A stretch of DNA of 64,000 nt from Zootoca vivipara. Taxonomy: Eukaryota. The translations under genes were made by a program, and so were the position numbers. This document shows, piece by piece, positions 35,501 through 63,775 of the stretch. The stretch spans positions 84,754,001-84,818,000 of the forward strand of contig NC_083276.1 in NCBI RefSeq assembly GCF_963506605.1, written 5' to 3'. The notes below the pieces were generated by a model. It was not told the origin of the DNA. It saw only the letters and a program-made list of their open reading frames with translations, and searched no databases. Numbering within the stretch: position 1 is the stretch's first letter; each line of letters starts with the position of its first letter.

Positions 35501-38500
35501 GGGAGGAAAGAATTACTGATATTTCCCCCAATTATTCTCCCCAGTGCCTACAGTCATGTCTTGAGGCTGTGCAGTGGTTTCACAGGTGATACGGACCCGT
35601 GGCAGTTGCTGAACTTAATGCCTTTGTCTCCTTTACTTAAGGTATTCATCCTGGAAGAACTGCTCAGCCCCATTGTGACTCCCTTGATCCTCATCTTCTG
35701 CCTGAGGCCCAAAGCTCTGGAGATAATTGATTTCTTCCGCAACTTCACTGTGGAGGTGGTGGGCGTGGGAGATACCTGCTCCTTTGCCCAGATGGATGTG
35801 CGGTGGCATGGACACCCAGCGGTAGGTCCCATTGAGGGGCAGCATCATGGGCCCGACATGCCTTGCTTTGTCCTGGTCGCAGACACCCTGCAGTGCCCCT
35901 GCCCTGCCCCAGCATGGAGCTGTGATGCTGCTCACAGGCCAGGTTTGCAGTGCCCTTGTGTCAGCTGGCTGCTCCTAGTCCCAGAAGAATGGGCACATCT
36001 GGAGAGAGGTTTAGCTCTCGGATCTGCTGTTTGTTTTGGAAAGATCACTTTCACAAGGGACATTTGCTATGGATTAGTCTCTTTGTTCATTATTTTCTCT
36101 CTTTTTAATGAGGCAGCTGCATGGTGTGAACAAAACACTCAAACACCCTGTCCGTCTCTTGTTTTGCAGTGGATGTCAGCCGGGAAGACGGAGGCTTCCG
36201 TTTACCAACAGGCCGAGGATGGCAAGACTGAGCTGTCCCTCATGCACTTTGCTATCACCAACCCACACTGGCAACCTCCTCGGGAGAGCACGGCTTTCAT
36301 TGGCTTGCTTAAGGAACGTGTGCACCGTGACAGCAGCCTGGCTCTGGCCCAGCAGGCTGTCCTGCCTGACAATGCGCTCTTCACCTCCATTCAGTCCCTG
36401 CAGTCAGAATCAGAGGTATTGGCCCTGAGGATGGAGAGAACTAGTGTGTGGTAGATCAGGACATAATCTTGGTTTATCATAGGGAGAGATGCAGAGTGAA
36501 CTGTTTCTTTTTTGTGGGATGGGGATAATGTCTCTATGTGGGCCTCTAGGCTCAGTGTGGAGTCATTTGAGTGCCATGGTAGTATGGCTGCCACTGTCTT
36601 GTGACCTAATTAGACTACCTTTCTCCTGCCAGCATGCTACTTCTGTGTCCAGTTATCTCTTCAGCAAAAGTTAGTCATACTCCCCTAAAAGTTGGCACCT
36701 TCAGAGTCTCCGCATTACCCATCCTCTCTCCCTTCTCCTTTATTTCCCAGTTCCTTTCCCTAGGATATTTTATTGCTTTTATTTCTGTATATTTTTATTG
36801 TGAAAGTTTTAAGCTTATGGAAGACTCAAAGGTTGCAAACATGGAATTGTAATAAATCAATGAGATTCCTATTGATATGAATTGATATTGGAATCAATAT
36901 GATTCAGTAAGATGCACAAATAACACTCAAGTGTAAATAAAGTTAGACATAAATAAGCAACATCCCACTCACCCACCTCCAGAAGGTCCTTGGTTTCTTG
37001 TAGTTACACTATTTCAATTTCACTTATCCAACTACATACAATCAAAAACCTAAGGTCCTTTTGTGTTTAGGATATCTTAATGTGATTAACAATCTGTTTC
37101 TCACTGAATCACTTGTCTTCCCTATAAAAAAAGTCCCCCAACACCTGTGGCATCTTCTCTTCCAAGTGTCACCGTTTAGAAAGCATTTGAATTGCTGGGG
37201 GCTGGAGATGGGTGGGCTAATTTCCAAAATGTGGAGAGAATTCAGGATCCCCATTGCAAAGGCACAAGTGAAAATATTTATTTTTATTACAGTATTTAAT
37301 TTCTAGACCGCCCTTCATCCAAGAATCACAGGGTGGTCTGCAAAGTTCAGTTGTGGTGGTGAAGCATTGAATGTAGATAGATGGGGGCAGGCCTTGGATC
37401 TTCCTGCCTGGGTCACACCTCCCTCCTCTGTTCTCTCCCTGCAGCCACACAGCCTGATTGCCAATGTGATTGCAGGCTCCTCAGTCCTGGGCTACCAGGC
37501 AGTCCGTGATGGGCAGGCCTCGCGGCATCTCTCGGCTGTGTCTGAGGTAGCATCTGCCCTGCGTTCTTTCTCTCCTCTTCAGTCAATGCAGACAGCCCAC
37601 AGGAGTTCCCACACAGAAGGTTCCCAACATCGGGGTCCTGGCACAATGGCAGGCTCAGGGTAAGAAGCTGCATGTTGTAAGGGGCTAGAGGAAAAAGCCA
37701 AGAATTGAGCACCTCACCAGAACTTTACCCAGAGTGCTCTGAGGACTATTTCATGAGGCTTTCCCCAGCACAGGTATACATTACTGTGTGTTAGAGCAGG
37801 AAGCAGCCTCCTAGATGTGCCTTTGAAGCAGTAGCGAGAGCTTTTTATGCCTTTTTTTTGCCTCCCTCCTATTGGACTCCCAGTTCCCATCAGTGCCAAC
37901 TAGCATGGCCAGTGGCAAAGACTGGTCACAAGCTCCCCACCCTTGGCTTAGGGTTTCCTTGTGTTTGGAGCTGTGGTTATGAGGGATAGCAGAAAGCTAT
38001 CCAGTTCTGCAAGGCTTCCCAAAAGATTGCTGTGTGTTCTAAACACACACTTTGCAATCCTTTTAGTTAGCAGGCTACAGCAGTAGTATGGTTGATGTCA
38101 CCCTTTCTAGGCTCAGACTCGGAGGGGGAAAGCTGCTGCAATCATACTATTGGGGTGTGGAGTGGCAAGAAGGTGCCTTCTGGACTCCAAATTACTCTTT
38201 CTAACACATCTTGACTCTTCTCTCCCTTCTGACTTGCAGGGTTGATGCCAGGACAGCTAGTTCTGGGAGTAGTGCCTGGGAGGGCCAGCTTCAAAGCCTG
38301 ATCCTTTCAGAATATGCCTCTACTGAGATGAGTCTGCATGCGCTCTACATGCATGAGGTGAGCTGAGCATCAAGAATCATGCAGGCCTTTGCAATGGGCC
38401 CTGAAGGTTCTGTGTAGACCTTCATCTTGAGACATGTATACCTGAATGAGCGCAGCAAAGGAGGATCGAACAGGCCTCTGTACTGTGATATAGCTCCTAA

Positions 38501-41332
38501 CCTAAGAGATAGGCCCTTCATTATACAGAAATCAGGCTGGGAGCAAAGGCTCCCTTCACTGGGCCATGATTTATGACAATTTGTGCACAACTGGACATGA
38601 GTGGAGAGTCCTTAGGCTTGCAGGATGTGAGTGAGACTTGCATGGATGCAGGTGATGACTTGCATTTACCTGTGTAAAAGCATGTGAAATTTAGGCTGTA
38701 AATGTGATATTTATGTGGAGGCCTGTGATACTTGGATTGTAAAGATAAAGGTAAAGGGACCCCTGACCATAAGGTCCAGTCGTGACCGACTCTGGGGTTG
38801 CGTGCTCATCTCGCATTATTGGCCGAGGGAGCCGGCGTACAGCTTCCAGGGCATGTGGCCAGCATGACAAAGCCGCTTCTGGCAAACCAGAGCAGCACAT
38901 GGAAATGCCGTTTACCTTCCCGCTGTAGCGGTTCCTATTTATCTACTTGCATTTTGACGTGCTTTCGAACTGCTAGGGTGGCAGGAGCTGGGACCAAGCA
39001 ACGGGAGCTCACCCCGTCACGGATTCGAACCCCCAACCTTCTGATCAGCAAGCCCTAGGCTCGGTGGTTTAACCACAGCGCCACCTGGGTCCCCTTGGAT
39101 TGTATCAGGAAACTTCGATACTTGGATTGTATCAGGTCCCAAACTGGGCTTGCTTGGGACACATGTCAATGTCACCACAGGGTTCTAGTTGGCTGCTCAT
39201 TAATACTCCATGCCATTCTCACAGCTACACAAGCAACATGCCCAGTTGGAGCCTGAGCGGCACTTGTGGCACCGGCGAGAGAGTGATGAGAGTGGTGAAA
39301 GCGCTCAGGAGGAGCCCGATGCTCATCAGGGGACCCCAAGCAGTGCCATTCCCCGCTCAGCCAGCTATCCTTTCGCCTCGCCTCGCCAGGCTGGAGATGA
39401 GACAGCTGCTCTGCAAGCCGGCTTCCAGCGCCGATATGGTGGTGTCTCAGGTATGTTTCAGGAATGCCAAACTCAGTGCTTCCATATTCCTTAGCCAGAA
39501 AAGGCTTTATTTCCTGCCAAACCCTGCACATAACACATGCTGGCAATTCTTGTTAACTACAGGGCAACTAGAGACAAAGATTAGATATCAGTCTGACATG
39601 CTGCTTGGCAGTTTTGGTGAACCCTTTTGATGACATGGCCAGTGCATCATATGTAAGAGGCAAGCCTTAACCTATGCCTCAGATTGCCTCAAGGCCAACC
39701 TCAGTGCCTTCACTCCTTGCTGATCAGCAGAGGTATAAGCAAGTGCTTGCAGTCAGGTTTGGAGTACTGGCTAGCAGTGCTACAAGAGTGGCATTATGAG
39801 TTTGGGAAGTTCAAAAGTCAATTTTTCTTTCATTGCTGCCATTTCAGAAGGCACCATTTTCTCTGTGATTTGGGCTCTCGTTTTTTTTTAAGTTTCGATT
39901 TCCAGAAGGCTCGATTTTCTTTGGTTATGAATTTCCAGAAGGGTAACCATGTCAGTCCATGAAAGCATGTGGTACCTTAAAGACTAATTTATGACATATT
40001 CATACTTCATCAGATGGAGTAGACTATGGTTCATAATAAATTTATTAGTCTTTAAGGTGCCACAAGACTCTTCGTTGTTCTGGTCTTGAAGCTATCAATA
40101 TACTTATTTCTTTCAACAAGGGGCATGGCCGAAGCTGGCAGGATAGGGTGTTGCTTAATGGACTTGGTTAGAGTAGCAGGTGGGAGCAAAAAGACCAAGA
40201 GTACTTGCAAAATATTATACTTCCACTTACGCCACTGCTTCCCAGCTACTGTATCTGTGTTGGGTGGCTGGTAATCGGGAGCAGAGCAGACTAGAAGCCC
40301 CAAACAGATTTTGCAGCAAACTGATCTCATTTAATTTTGGCTGCCCCATCCGGTGGTTTTCTTTTCCTCTTTGTTTTCCCACAGACCCTGGCATTGTGCA
40401 CAGAGCCCCATCACACTTCGCTCGGCTGCCACTTGGGGGGTGGGCTGAAGATGGCCAGACTGCTCGGCACCCAGAGCCTGTGCCGGAGGAGAGCTTGGAA
40501 GATGAGTTGCCACCTCAGATACACAAGGTACAGCCTGGTTGGTACTTGGGCACTGGCAATGGCAATGGCTGTGTCATGAAACCAGAGGAATCTGCAGTTT
40601 CTTTATGCAGCTATATGTATTACTGCACTATCCTCACCAGGAACTACCTGGCCAAAGACTAGTTAGTACAAAAATAATTTGATTTTGTGTTTGGGAAGGC
40701 TCTACTGATATGAACTAGTCGGGCTTTCAGGAACTCATACACAAAGTAGACCAAATAAATCAGGAAAGCCTATCCTGTAAACTGCCCCGTGTTTCTTGGA
40801 TGAAGGGAGAAATTTAAATTTATAAATTAAAGAAAGAAAGCCATGTTCGGGTAGACTCCCCCCACCACCAAAGTGTCATCTCAGGGTAAGAGGAAAAAGA
40901 GTAATATGAGAAGTTGAGAGAGTAAGCTATGGAGGGACAAAGAGCAATGCCAGGCATGCTGTGAAAGATCTCTAGCTTCAGTGTGCTAGCCACACACAAA
41001 AGAAGGCTGGGGGCATTTTCTGCCTTGGAAAGGGGAATTTCAGTATATGCAGCATTTCTTCCCCTCCATCAGTTGTAGCTGTCAAAATGTTCTCTTCCAC
41101 ATGGCTTTTGAAGGTGAAGGATCCTTATTCTCCTTTGCATGTGGTCAGCTGATATTGCTAAATGGCCTACAACTTGCTTAAAAATAAATACTGAAAGTTT
41201 CAGGAGGTGGGATCTTTGTTTGGCATAAAATCTGGAGTATTCAGAGCTTCGCTTTGACCAAGTCTTTCTCCTCACTGTCCCCTTCCCAAATACCGTAACT
41301 TCCTTTGCCTTACCTATCCCTTCCAGGTGTAG
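29568..41332 (+). CDS. ATG9A: Autophagy-related protein 9A (lipid scramblase), 14 coding exons, about 850 aa
   Basis: Exons: 29568-29670, 30122-30165, 30595-30659, 30975-31136, 31709-31850, 33290-34038, 35211-35364, 35642-35821, 36170-36415, 37445-37659, 38240-38357, 39225-39450, 40385-40527, 41327-41332; total 2553 nt. Starts MAHFDTEYQRLEASYNDSPPGEEDL, includes WHHIENLDLFFSRVYNLHQKNGF, LDIYHRILRFKNYMVAMVNK and GKTELSLMHF, and ends ELPPQIHKV*. These match the vertebrate ATG9A sequence as I recall it. Confidence 0.97.
30166..30594 (+). other. ATG9A: U12-type AT-AC intron of ATG9A
   Basis: Begins ATATCCTT, has branch site TTCTCTTTGAC at 30572-30582 and ends ...CTCAC. Removing it joins FFSR|VYNL exactly. 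Confidence 0.93.
32740..33245 (-). mobile_element. L2 LINE ORF2 fragment
   Basis: The minus-strand translation LKEQVHNLGIILDPLLSLEAQV is typical of the L2 RT C-terminal region; the frame is disrupted. Confidence 0.75.
38742..39093 (-). mobile_element. Full-length Sauria SINE (lacertid POM-like)
   Basis: tRNA-like head GGGACCCAGGTGGCGCTGTGGTTAAACC...GGTTCGAATCC on the minus strand, (ACCTTT)-like tail, and 11-bp TSD CTTGGATTGTA (38731-38741 / 39094-39104). Confidence 0.9.
39940..40085. mobile_element. Decayed Penelope-like terminus pair
   Basis: Inverted arms gtggtaccttaaagactaat / attagtctttaaggtgccac with a residual cttcatcaga core. Confidence 0.55.
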
Positions 41333-43995
41333 CTGTGAAGGCTGAAGATCCTGTGTGGGCTCCACATCGGGGGCCCACTTCAGCTGTTGGGACATTGGGT
41401 TACCCTGCCCTACGAGGTATGGGTTGGCTCAAGTCTCCATGTCCTGGACATCAGTGCCAGAGTGAGGAAGGTGTGAAGACAGCAGTGCCTTCATCGTGGG
41501 CGGAACTCTATCCAGACATGCATCATGCCGGTGGCACGCTAGCTGGGCATGGGCTGGATGTGTGTGTGATTACATATATTTGTCCGTGTCTGCATCCGTG
41601 TCGTCCATGTTGGAGAACCATCTGAGACTTGCACAGAATGCCACGGAGCACACTGCAGTGCAGGAGACTGGCATCCACGCTTGCCCTGCCTGAAATGTCC
41701 TGTAGCAGCAGAAGGAGGACCTGCTGTGTGGACCCCCGTTCAGAAACAGGAAGAGCTATACCACTGTCCAGACTACAATGTGTAATTAAAGATGCAATCA
41801 GGCGATAGATTTGGACTCAGGAAAAGAAGGGCTGCAAGAGATTATTTTTGTAAGGGGAATGGGGCACAGGCTTCCTCCAGTAGCAGAGCCTAACTTGGAT
41901 AGAAGCTTTTCACACACAAGAAGGGTGTGTATCTTCCTCCCTGCTTTACCATTCACTCACAAACTTTGAAGCCAAGCCAAAAGAGGCACGCTTGCAGTGC
42001 CATCGCCACTCATGCTGCAGGATTTTGTCTTCCTGTGGGCACAAATGATTCTACTGTTTGGGGCCATGTTTATTTTGCATCCCTCTTGCAGTATCAAAGC
42101 ACAGGTTTAGCAGGGTATTGCTTCACAGCCAGTACCAGGGTTTGCTTGAGGCAATATCTGAAATGACCAAAGTCTCCTTACCAAATGGCACCCAGCTCCA
42201 GACCGATGGCTCCATTCTGAGGTAGCCCCTTGCTCTCACCTTGTTCACCCTGCAAGGATTTAGGATCAAGTACAGTATGAGGCTCTGCCCCAGGGATGGG
42301 TGGAGGAAGGCAATACTTGTCTGCCCCCACCCCCATCATTCTATTTAAATATTTCCCAGATTCCCCATACACTGCTTGGGTTCTTCTCCAAGCTGGTGGT
42401 GCCCTCCTTGTGATGTCTCTTTTCTATGGATGCCTTAATGGTAAGCATCCAGATCTTGTGGAAGTGCCAGCAAGAGAAGAGTTCCTATATGCCAAATATA
42501 TTACCTGTCACAATCTTAAGAATTGGGGTGGGCTTCAGGTTCTTGTTGAAAGGGCTGAACCTCTCGCCTGGCTAGACAAGGCGTTCTCTTTAACAGTCTG
42601 CAGAAGCTCTGCTGGTTCCCCCACTTTATTACTAAAGAACACCATGCCATCGGCTCCACTGTCCTCCTCTAATTCTTATGGGGTATCTGGTCTTAGCACA
42701 ACAGCAAAATACTTTTATGGTTTGCATAGCAAACATCACAAAGACTACTTCCCAGACTGCCCAGTGAAAGCATTGCATCCCAAGAGGGTGTGGTACAATC
42801 CAGCCAATCATTGCATAGGGTAATGCTAGCACTCTCATCAGAGCTTCAGGTCCCAATATGTCTTGGTTAACCCTGTGGTTTTTACTCCTTTCTCTTCTCT
42901 GTGGGGTCTTTTTTTTTTTCAGTGGCTGCTGCAACCTCCAGTAGCTGCTTGTCAAAGCTCCTGTTGTGCATAGGAAAAGCAGCTTGCCATTACTGTCGCA
43001 GATAAAATATGCATCCTTCCTCTGTGGGCACAGGCCTGGTTGCATGGAGATCCCTATATGACCTTGGAACTGACATTGCAGGTCTTGGGAACCAGGACTC
43101 TTGGGATTTCTTTTCTTCTTTGCCCTCTTTCAGAATTGAAGAGATTATTTGTACCCAGCAATGAATTGATTACAGCTGGTAGTTGACCTGCTCTAGAAAG
43201 ATTATGCCTGAAAAGGATACTGTACTTCCCCACTCCCTAACCTAGTTTAACAAAAGGGTGGTCATTGGTGTTGTGGGGTACATGCTACGAGGGAAGTTGG
43301 TGAGCAGCAGCTTCAAGCTGTCAGTAGTTTAGATGTATGGCTGGTGCTGGGATTTCCCCCAGTTCTTCAGATTACTGGTGCATTTTAAGGAATTCAAAAC
43401 AACCGATGGTAAAATATTAATTTGCTGTCTTTCCTGCAAAATACACATCCCCTGGAGTGTAGAAAGAAGAGCTTCATAGACTGCAACTTTGATTAGTGCT
43501 GGTTATGTACTGTTGGGATGGGGAACCTGTAGTTTGTGAAACTTTACTATATTACAACTCCTATCATCCCTGACCATTGAGTGTGGTGGCTGGAGCTGAT
43601 GGGATTTGGAGTCCAACAGCATCTGGAAAACTACAGGGTCAGTGTCCCTGCACTACAGCGACCAGCTGCAGAGCAGTCCCATTGGCAGAGATTAGCCTGC
43701 TGCATCCTAGTGGAAATGTTACTGTACCCCTGGTCTAGCAATGAATAAAGGGAGCGTTCTCAGCTAAAACATGGGGTGGATGGGAATTCCAGCTATCATG
43801 TATTATGCTTGTCTTGATTTTGCCCCCATCTTTTTGTGCATGGTACAGCCACCTGTGGCCTCCTGTTTCGTTTCTGACACTAGAGGCTGGCCTGTGAGTT
43901 ATGTGGAGCACTGCAAGTGGTTTGTAAAACAGAGCTTATGTCTGACATCCTGTACAGTACTGTATCTACTGAATAAAGAGGGATGTTCCATTCTT
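41333..43995 (+). other. ATG9A: ATG9A 3'UTR (about 2.6 kb) with poly(A) signals
   Basis: AATAAA at 43744-43749 and 43972-43977; the second is followed by a GT-rich downstream element. The 3' end is approximate. Confidence 0.6.
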
Positions 43996-45699
43996 TGATG
44001 GCTGTGGCCGTGCCTATGGAATTGTCTTTCATTGTGTGTGGTGGGATAACAGCCTGCTACCTACAAGATGAATCCAGGTGGATCACAGGATAGTTGGCCA
44101 TCATCAAAATGCTTGTGGCACTACTGGGGTAGTTACTATCTACTGGATTTTTGTACATATCAATACATGCACTGCTACAGTGCAATTTTTCAAAAGAGGT
44201 ATAGGAACTCATCACGAACACCTTGTGTTCTCTTACAATGACAAAGGCACCCACCTGAGAGGTGCCAGAACTGATTGATTTCTGACAAGTTCCATCTGAA
44301 AAAAGCCCTAGACTGCTATAATATCCAAAGAGGCACATCTTTTCTGGCTCCTCTGAATGCTGAGAAACGAGTGTGTCATGTCTAGGAACAAAAATATATT
44401 TAGCATTTACCATGTGCTCAGGGACTGGTTTGTTTGTTTGTTTTGTATAGGGAACATAGCACCACTTTGGAAGAGTAATTGCAGTGAGTACATTTAAAGG
44501 TGAGTGCTAAATGCATTCTGGTACTTTTGGGTTTATAATTCTATATAGCCAAATACTGCTATGAACTCATATGTAGCAATACATATTTTGTATGTGAATG
44601 CAATTTTAAATTGTATTTCAATTTTAAAAAATGTCAGGAAGTGGGGGAGCAGGGAGGGTCAGAGGGCATCTGTGCTAAATTGTGGCAATGCTCTTGACCT
44701 AGACAATTTCCCTCATCCCCATCTCCATCTTTAATCTGAAGGATTAGACCGTCTTTTCTGAGGCAAGCCACAAGAAAGCCTGCCAATACAGGGAAAGAGC
44801 TGTGTGTGGGAGTACATATACTTTGTGTCATTACTAAGATTTAAAGCTCTGGTTTCTGGTTCTGGGAAGCTGGGGCAAGTTATGTGGACTAAGTCTCATT
44901 CCAATGCGAAGGCACAATTTCCTTTTTGTTGATAATCTTAATTAAACTTTCTTTATTTATAGTTTTAATATTTATTGTAAATTGCTGAGTTTTCACTCCA
45001 AGCAGTACATAAATTTTGTTAAATAAAAATCCCATAGTATATGCATACAATGGAACTGTAAGACAAGCTGATTTTAATACATAACTAGCAAATTAAAACA
45101 AAACAAACTACTAGTCATTTTTACTGCTTAAAAATAGTCCTAGGAAATCTTTGTATCAGGGTTGCGTCAGGATCTGAAAAGAGGTATAACTCAATACTAT
45201 GAATATCTACTCAAATTTAACTAATAATAATAATTTATTTATTATTTCAGTGAAAGTTACTGACACAATTGGGTTTGTTTGTTTGTTTATTACAACATTT
45301 ATATCTTACTGTATACTGGTGCCAGGGCACCTCTCAGCAGCTGACAATTTAAAATTATTGGTTTCATAAAACTAAGGCAGTTAACTCTTGTCCAAGATGA
45401 AATTCGTAATGATGGATACATACTGGGTAGTGACAGCAGCAAAAGGTACTCCTAAGGTTTTCACGTGCACTCTGTTCCTTTCACTTCTTAGATATTTCAG
45501 AGCAGAGACTTTATAAGCCTTGGCTCAATTAAACTTTGAATGGAGTGCGACAGTTATAGTCACAGCGGTGCTCTGCATGGTATCCTCTCACAACAACCTT
45601 GTGAGGCAGAGAAAAAGTGATAGGCTCAAGTTCGCACACTTTCCCCCGAGGCTTCTTTTTTTGCTGCCGCAATACCTTTCACAGCAGCGTTAGCAAACT

Positions 45700-46600
45700 G
45701 AACCCGGATTCAAAGCCACACTCCGACGCACGCTCGTTTGCGACGTGTACACATGATTAGGATCGTGCTGACTCATTCCAGTTCGGAATCCTTGTTTTAG
45801 ATTGCGGAGGTACAAATGCGGAGGAGCGGGATCGGGGTGACGTGCTGGCCCATTATAAATGTTGAGGGCAGCCCAGGACCTGCCCTTCGCAACCCGTGTC
45901 GTGCGCTCTTGCTTGGCGGGAAATAAATAAGAGCAACGGCCCGGAGCTTGAGCGCCTGTGTTGTAACCCGTGGGCGCTAGGACCCAGGAGGAATCTGCCT
46001 AACAGTGTTGGGAAGGCGGCGCTAGGACCCCGGGGGCGCCAATCGGGCCTGCCGCGGCTCCCGCGGCGCAGCGAAGCTCGGCTGCGGACGCGCCGCTGCG
46101 CATTGGCCGAGCCAGCCGGGCGGTGGGGAGAGTGGGTGGGCTGGACTGACGAGACCCGAGCAGGCAAGTAGACGTTGGTGGGAGAAGGGGGCAGGCGGGT
46201 GGGATTGAGGGGAAGCGGGTGGCAGCGGCCCCTTTGCTGTGCCCTCGCCGGCTGGCAGCACAGAGAGGAGGCAGGGGGCGGGGGACAACACAGCCCCACG
46301 GCTTGATCTCCACCTCCTCCTCCTAATATGCCCCAAGCCCATTGCCAAGCAGCCAGGCCTGTTGCCCAAAGTGTGTGGGGTAACAGGCGTAGGCAGCGAG
46401 GGTGGGTGCTCAGCACCGTCTCTTCCTCGCTGTGCTCCCCGGGGTGCCCTTGAATCAGGAAGCTGGCGGTTTCTGCCTGGGAAAGTTCACCGCTTGGAAA
46501 GTGGGAACACACAACAGCTGGACCCGGGGAGGGCAGGAATCCAAGGCGCTACTCGAGTGCGCGAAGTGTAGTCATAACAACACGGTGATGATGTGCTATT
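45700..46600 (+). promoter_or_regulatory. ABCB6: ABCB6 CpG-island promoter and non-coding first exon (ends 46163)
   Basis: CpG-rich. Contains TGCTGACTCAT (45766-45776), GTGACGTGC (45837-45845), TATAAAT near 45854 and CCAAT motifs near 46039 and 46101. Donor CAG|GCAAGT at 46163/46164; acceptor tttctgcag at 48399, 16 nt before the ATG. Confidence 0.75.
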
Positions 46601-48135
46601 TTGATATCGTGCATCAGAAAGAACGAATTTAAAAAGCAAAGCAAAACCCACGGAGAGGTGTGGAGGAAGGCATCAGAAATATCCGCTGAGGATATTCATG
46701 GAGGAAAAGGCTGTATCAGTGGCCCTTAAAAAAAAGAAGACGACAGGTTTCTAGCATTTGGGAAAGTAGCTCAGGGCTTATTTGTGTATTAAAAGCTGTG
46801 GGGCAGAGGGAAGATAGCTGAGCAAAAACTACAGTGCATAGCATCCACTGTAGTAGCACAGTGGCACAGTAAATTATGCCAGGCGGCAAATCGATGCAAA
46901 TATGTTTTATTTTATTATTTTATCGAAGTCTCAGCTATCGAAGTCATACGAGGAGGTTAAACATTAATGGAACTCAAACTGAGGAGAAAGCAGTAAGGTG
47001 CAAAAGGTTATGGAGTGTGGCAACAAGGAGTCAGACAGTGCACGTGTTTTCAGAAGTAAGCCCCACTGGGCTCAATGGGGTTAATTCCCCAGTTAATGTG
47101 CATACTTGCTAAAACAGCTGACCTGTGAAACTCAATGATCTAGGATCACGCTATTGTACGCACACAGCAGGCTTCGAGCTTCTGTTTTGTTTTTAAAGGA
47201 TCAATTTCATTAGAAGAGTCTATCAACATCTACGGAACTGCCATCCTAGGGGCCAAATGTTTCTGGTAGGCAACCCACAGCACTAATGCCACATCCTGCC
47301 CCCAGTTTCATGTGGGTGACAAGGGGGAGGGGGTGTTGGGATTGCAGGAGAGGAAAAGGGTCATCCCACCTACCTTTGGCCCTACCTACTGCCTCAAATA
47401 TATTCCTCTTCCCCCAAAGCAGCCCTTGACATATGTAAACCCTTCCCATAAAGGAAGGCTATCTACTTGCCAGCATATGGCAGATCATCCCAAATATTCC
47501 AGAGCACTGTGCCACAAGCACAGAATATCTGCACCACAGAAAGTGTCTGCACAAAAATTGCTGCAGAAGACTTAGGAAAGCAAGCCGTGTTAGAAGGAAA
47601 AGAGGAGTGGGGGGCAACCTTCCCCATGGCTAGTGGAAAATCTAAAATCGTGAAAAAAAATCCTACCTGACCTAAAACATAAGTAAACAGATAGGCCCTA
47701 AATATGAGCAAAATCTATCCACTATTCTGAAAAGAAAAATGTTACCAAGATTCAGCTCCTCCCCACGCAGCTGTCACTCTGATTTTAAGTGTGACACTTC
47801 TTGATGCCTTGTGCTAAGCAATTCCTTAAGCTAGGAGGTGGGCTGAACATTAAGGTGAGATCTCTGCCCCAGATACTGTGTGGTTTCTTTTGCGTTTCCC
47901 TATGAAGTGTCTCTCCCTGCCTCTTTTGGTGGGGAAGCATATTGAGCAAGAAGGATTAAAAAAATTGTCCAAGATTGGTGACTGCTCTCATGCCTGCATT
48001 GTGTGTGTGTGTATGTGTGTAGCACCATGTGGTATGTTTACTTCTGCACTTGCATTTAAGCCTGTGAGAACATCATATGCCTGTGGGTTTGCATATATTA
48101 TATATAACATATTTGCAGACAGCACTGAAATATAA

Positions 48136-48345
48136 AGCCAATGTGGCAAAGCAGTGTGTTGGACTAGGACCTGTGAGACCATGGTTTTGAGTCCCCACTT
48201 AGCCATGAAGCTCACTGGGGGACCTTAGGCCAGTCACTCATTCTTAGCCTAACCTATCTCACAGGCTTGTTGTGGAGGAGGAGGAGAATTACGTATGCCA
48301 CCTTGAGCTCCTTGAAGGAAAGGTGGGATATAAATCAATAAAATA
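48136..48345 (+). mobile_element. Older degenerate Squam3/MIR-like SINE
   Basis: Shares gggggaccttaggccagtcac...cctaacctatctcacaggcttgttgtg...ggatataaat with the copy at 27174. Confidence 0.6.
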
Positions 48346-48415
48346 GTAGCCCAAACATATGTTCTAATTTCCTTGTTTCTTTCATCTGTGTTTCTGCAGC
48401 TCCCCAGCCGGCAGG

Positions 48416-63775
<15,360 letters not shown>

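Noticed and set aside
39940-40085. Second hammerhead candidate (minus-strand CTGATGAAGT)
   Set aside because: The GAAA half of the core and stems II/III are missing; it is a decayed remnant.
41327-41340. Possible readthrough at the ATG9A stop (TAG CTG)
   Set aside because: It does not match the stop-CTAG motif and I saw no supporting feature.
42296-42823. 175-aa ORF in the ATG9A 3'UTR
   Set aside because: No recognisable homology or splice context; plausible by chance in a long UTR.
45853-46512. 219-aa minus-strand ORF
   Set aside because: CpG-island artefact with no recognisable domain.
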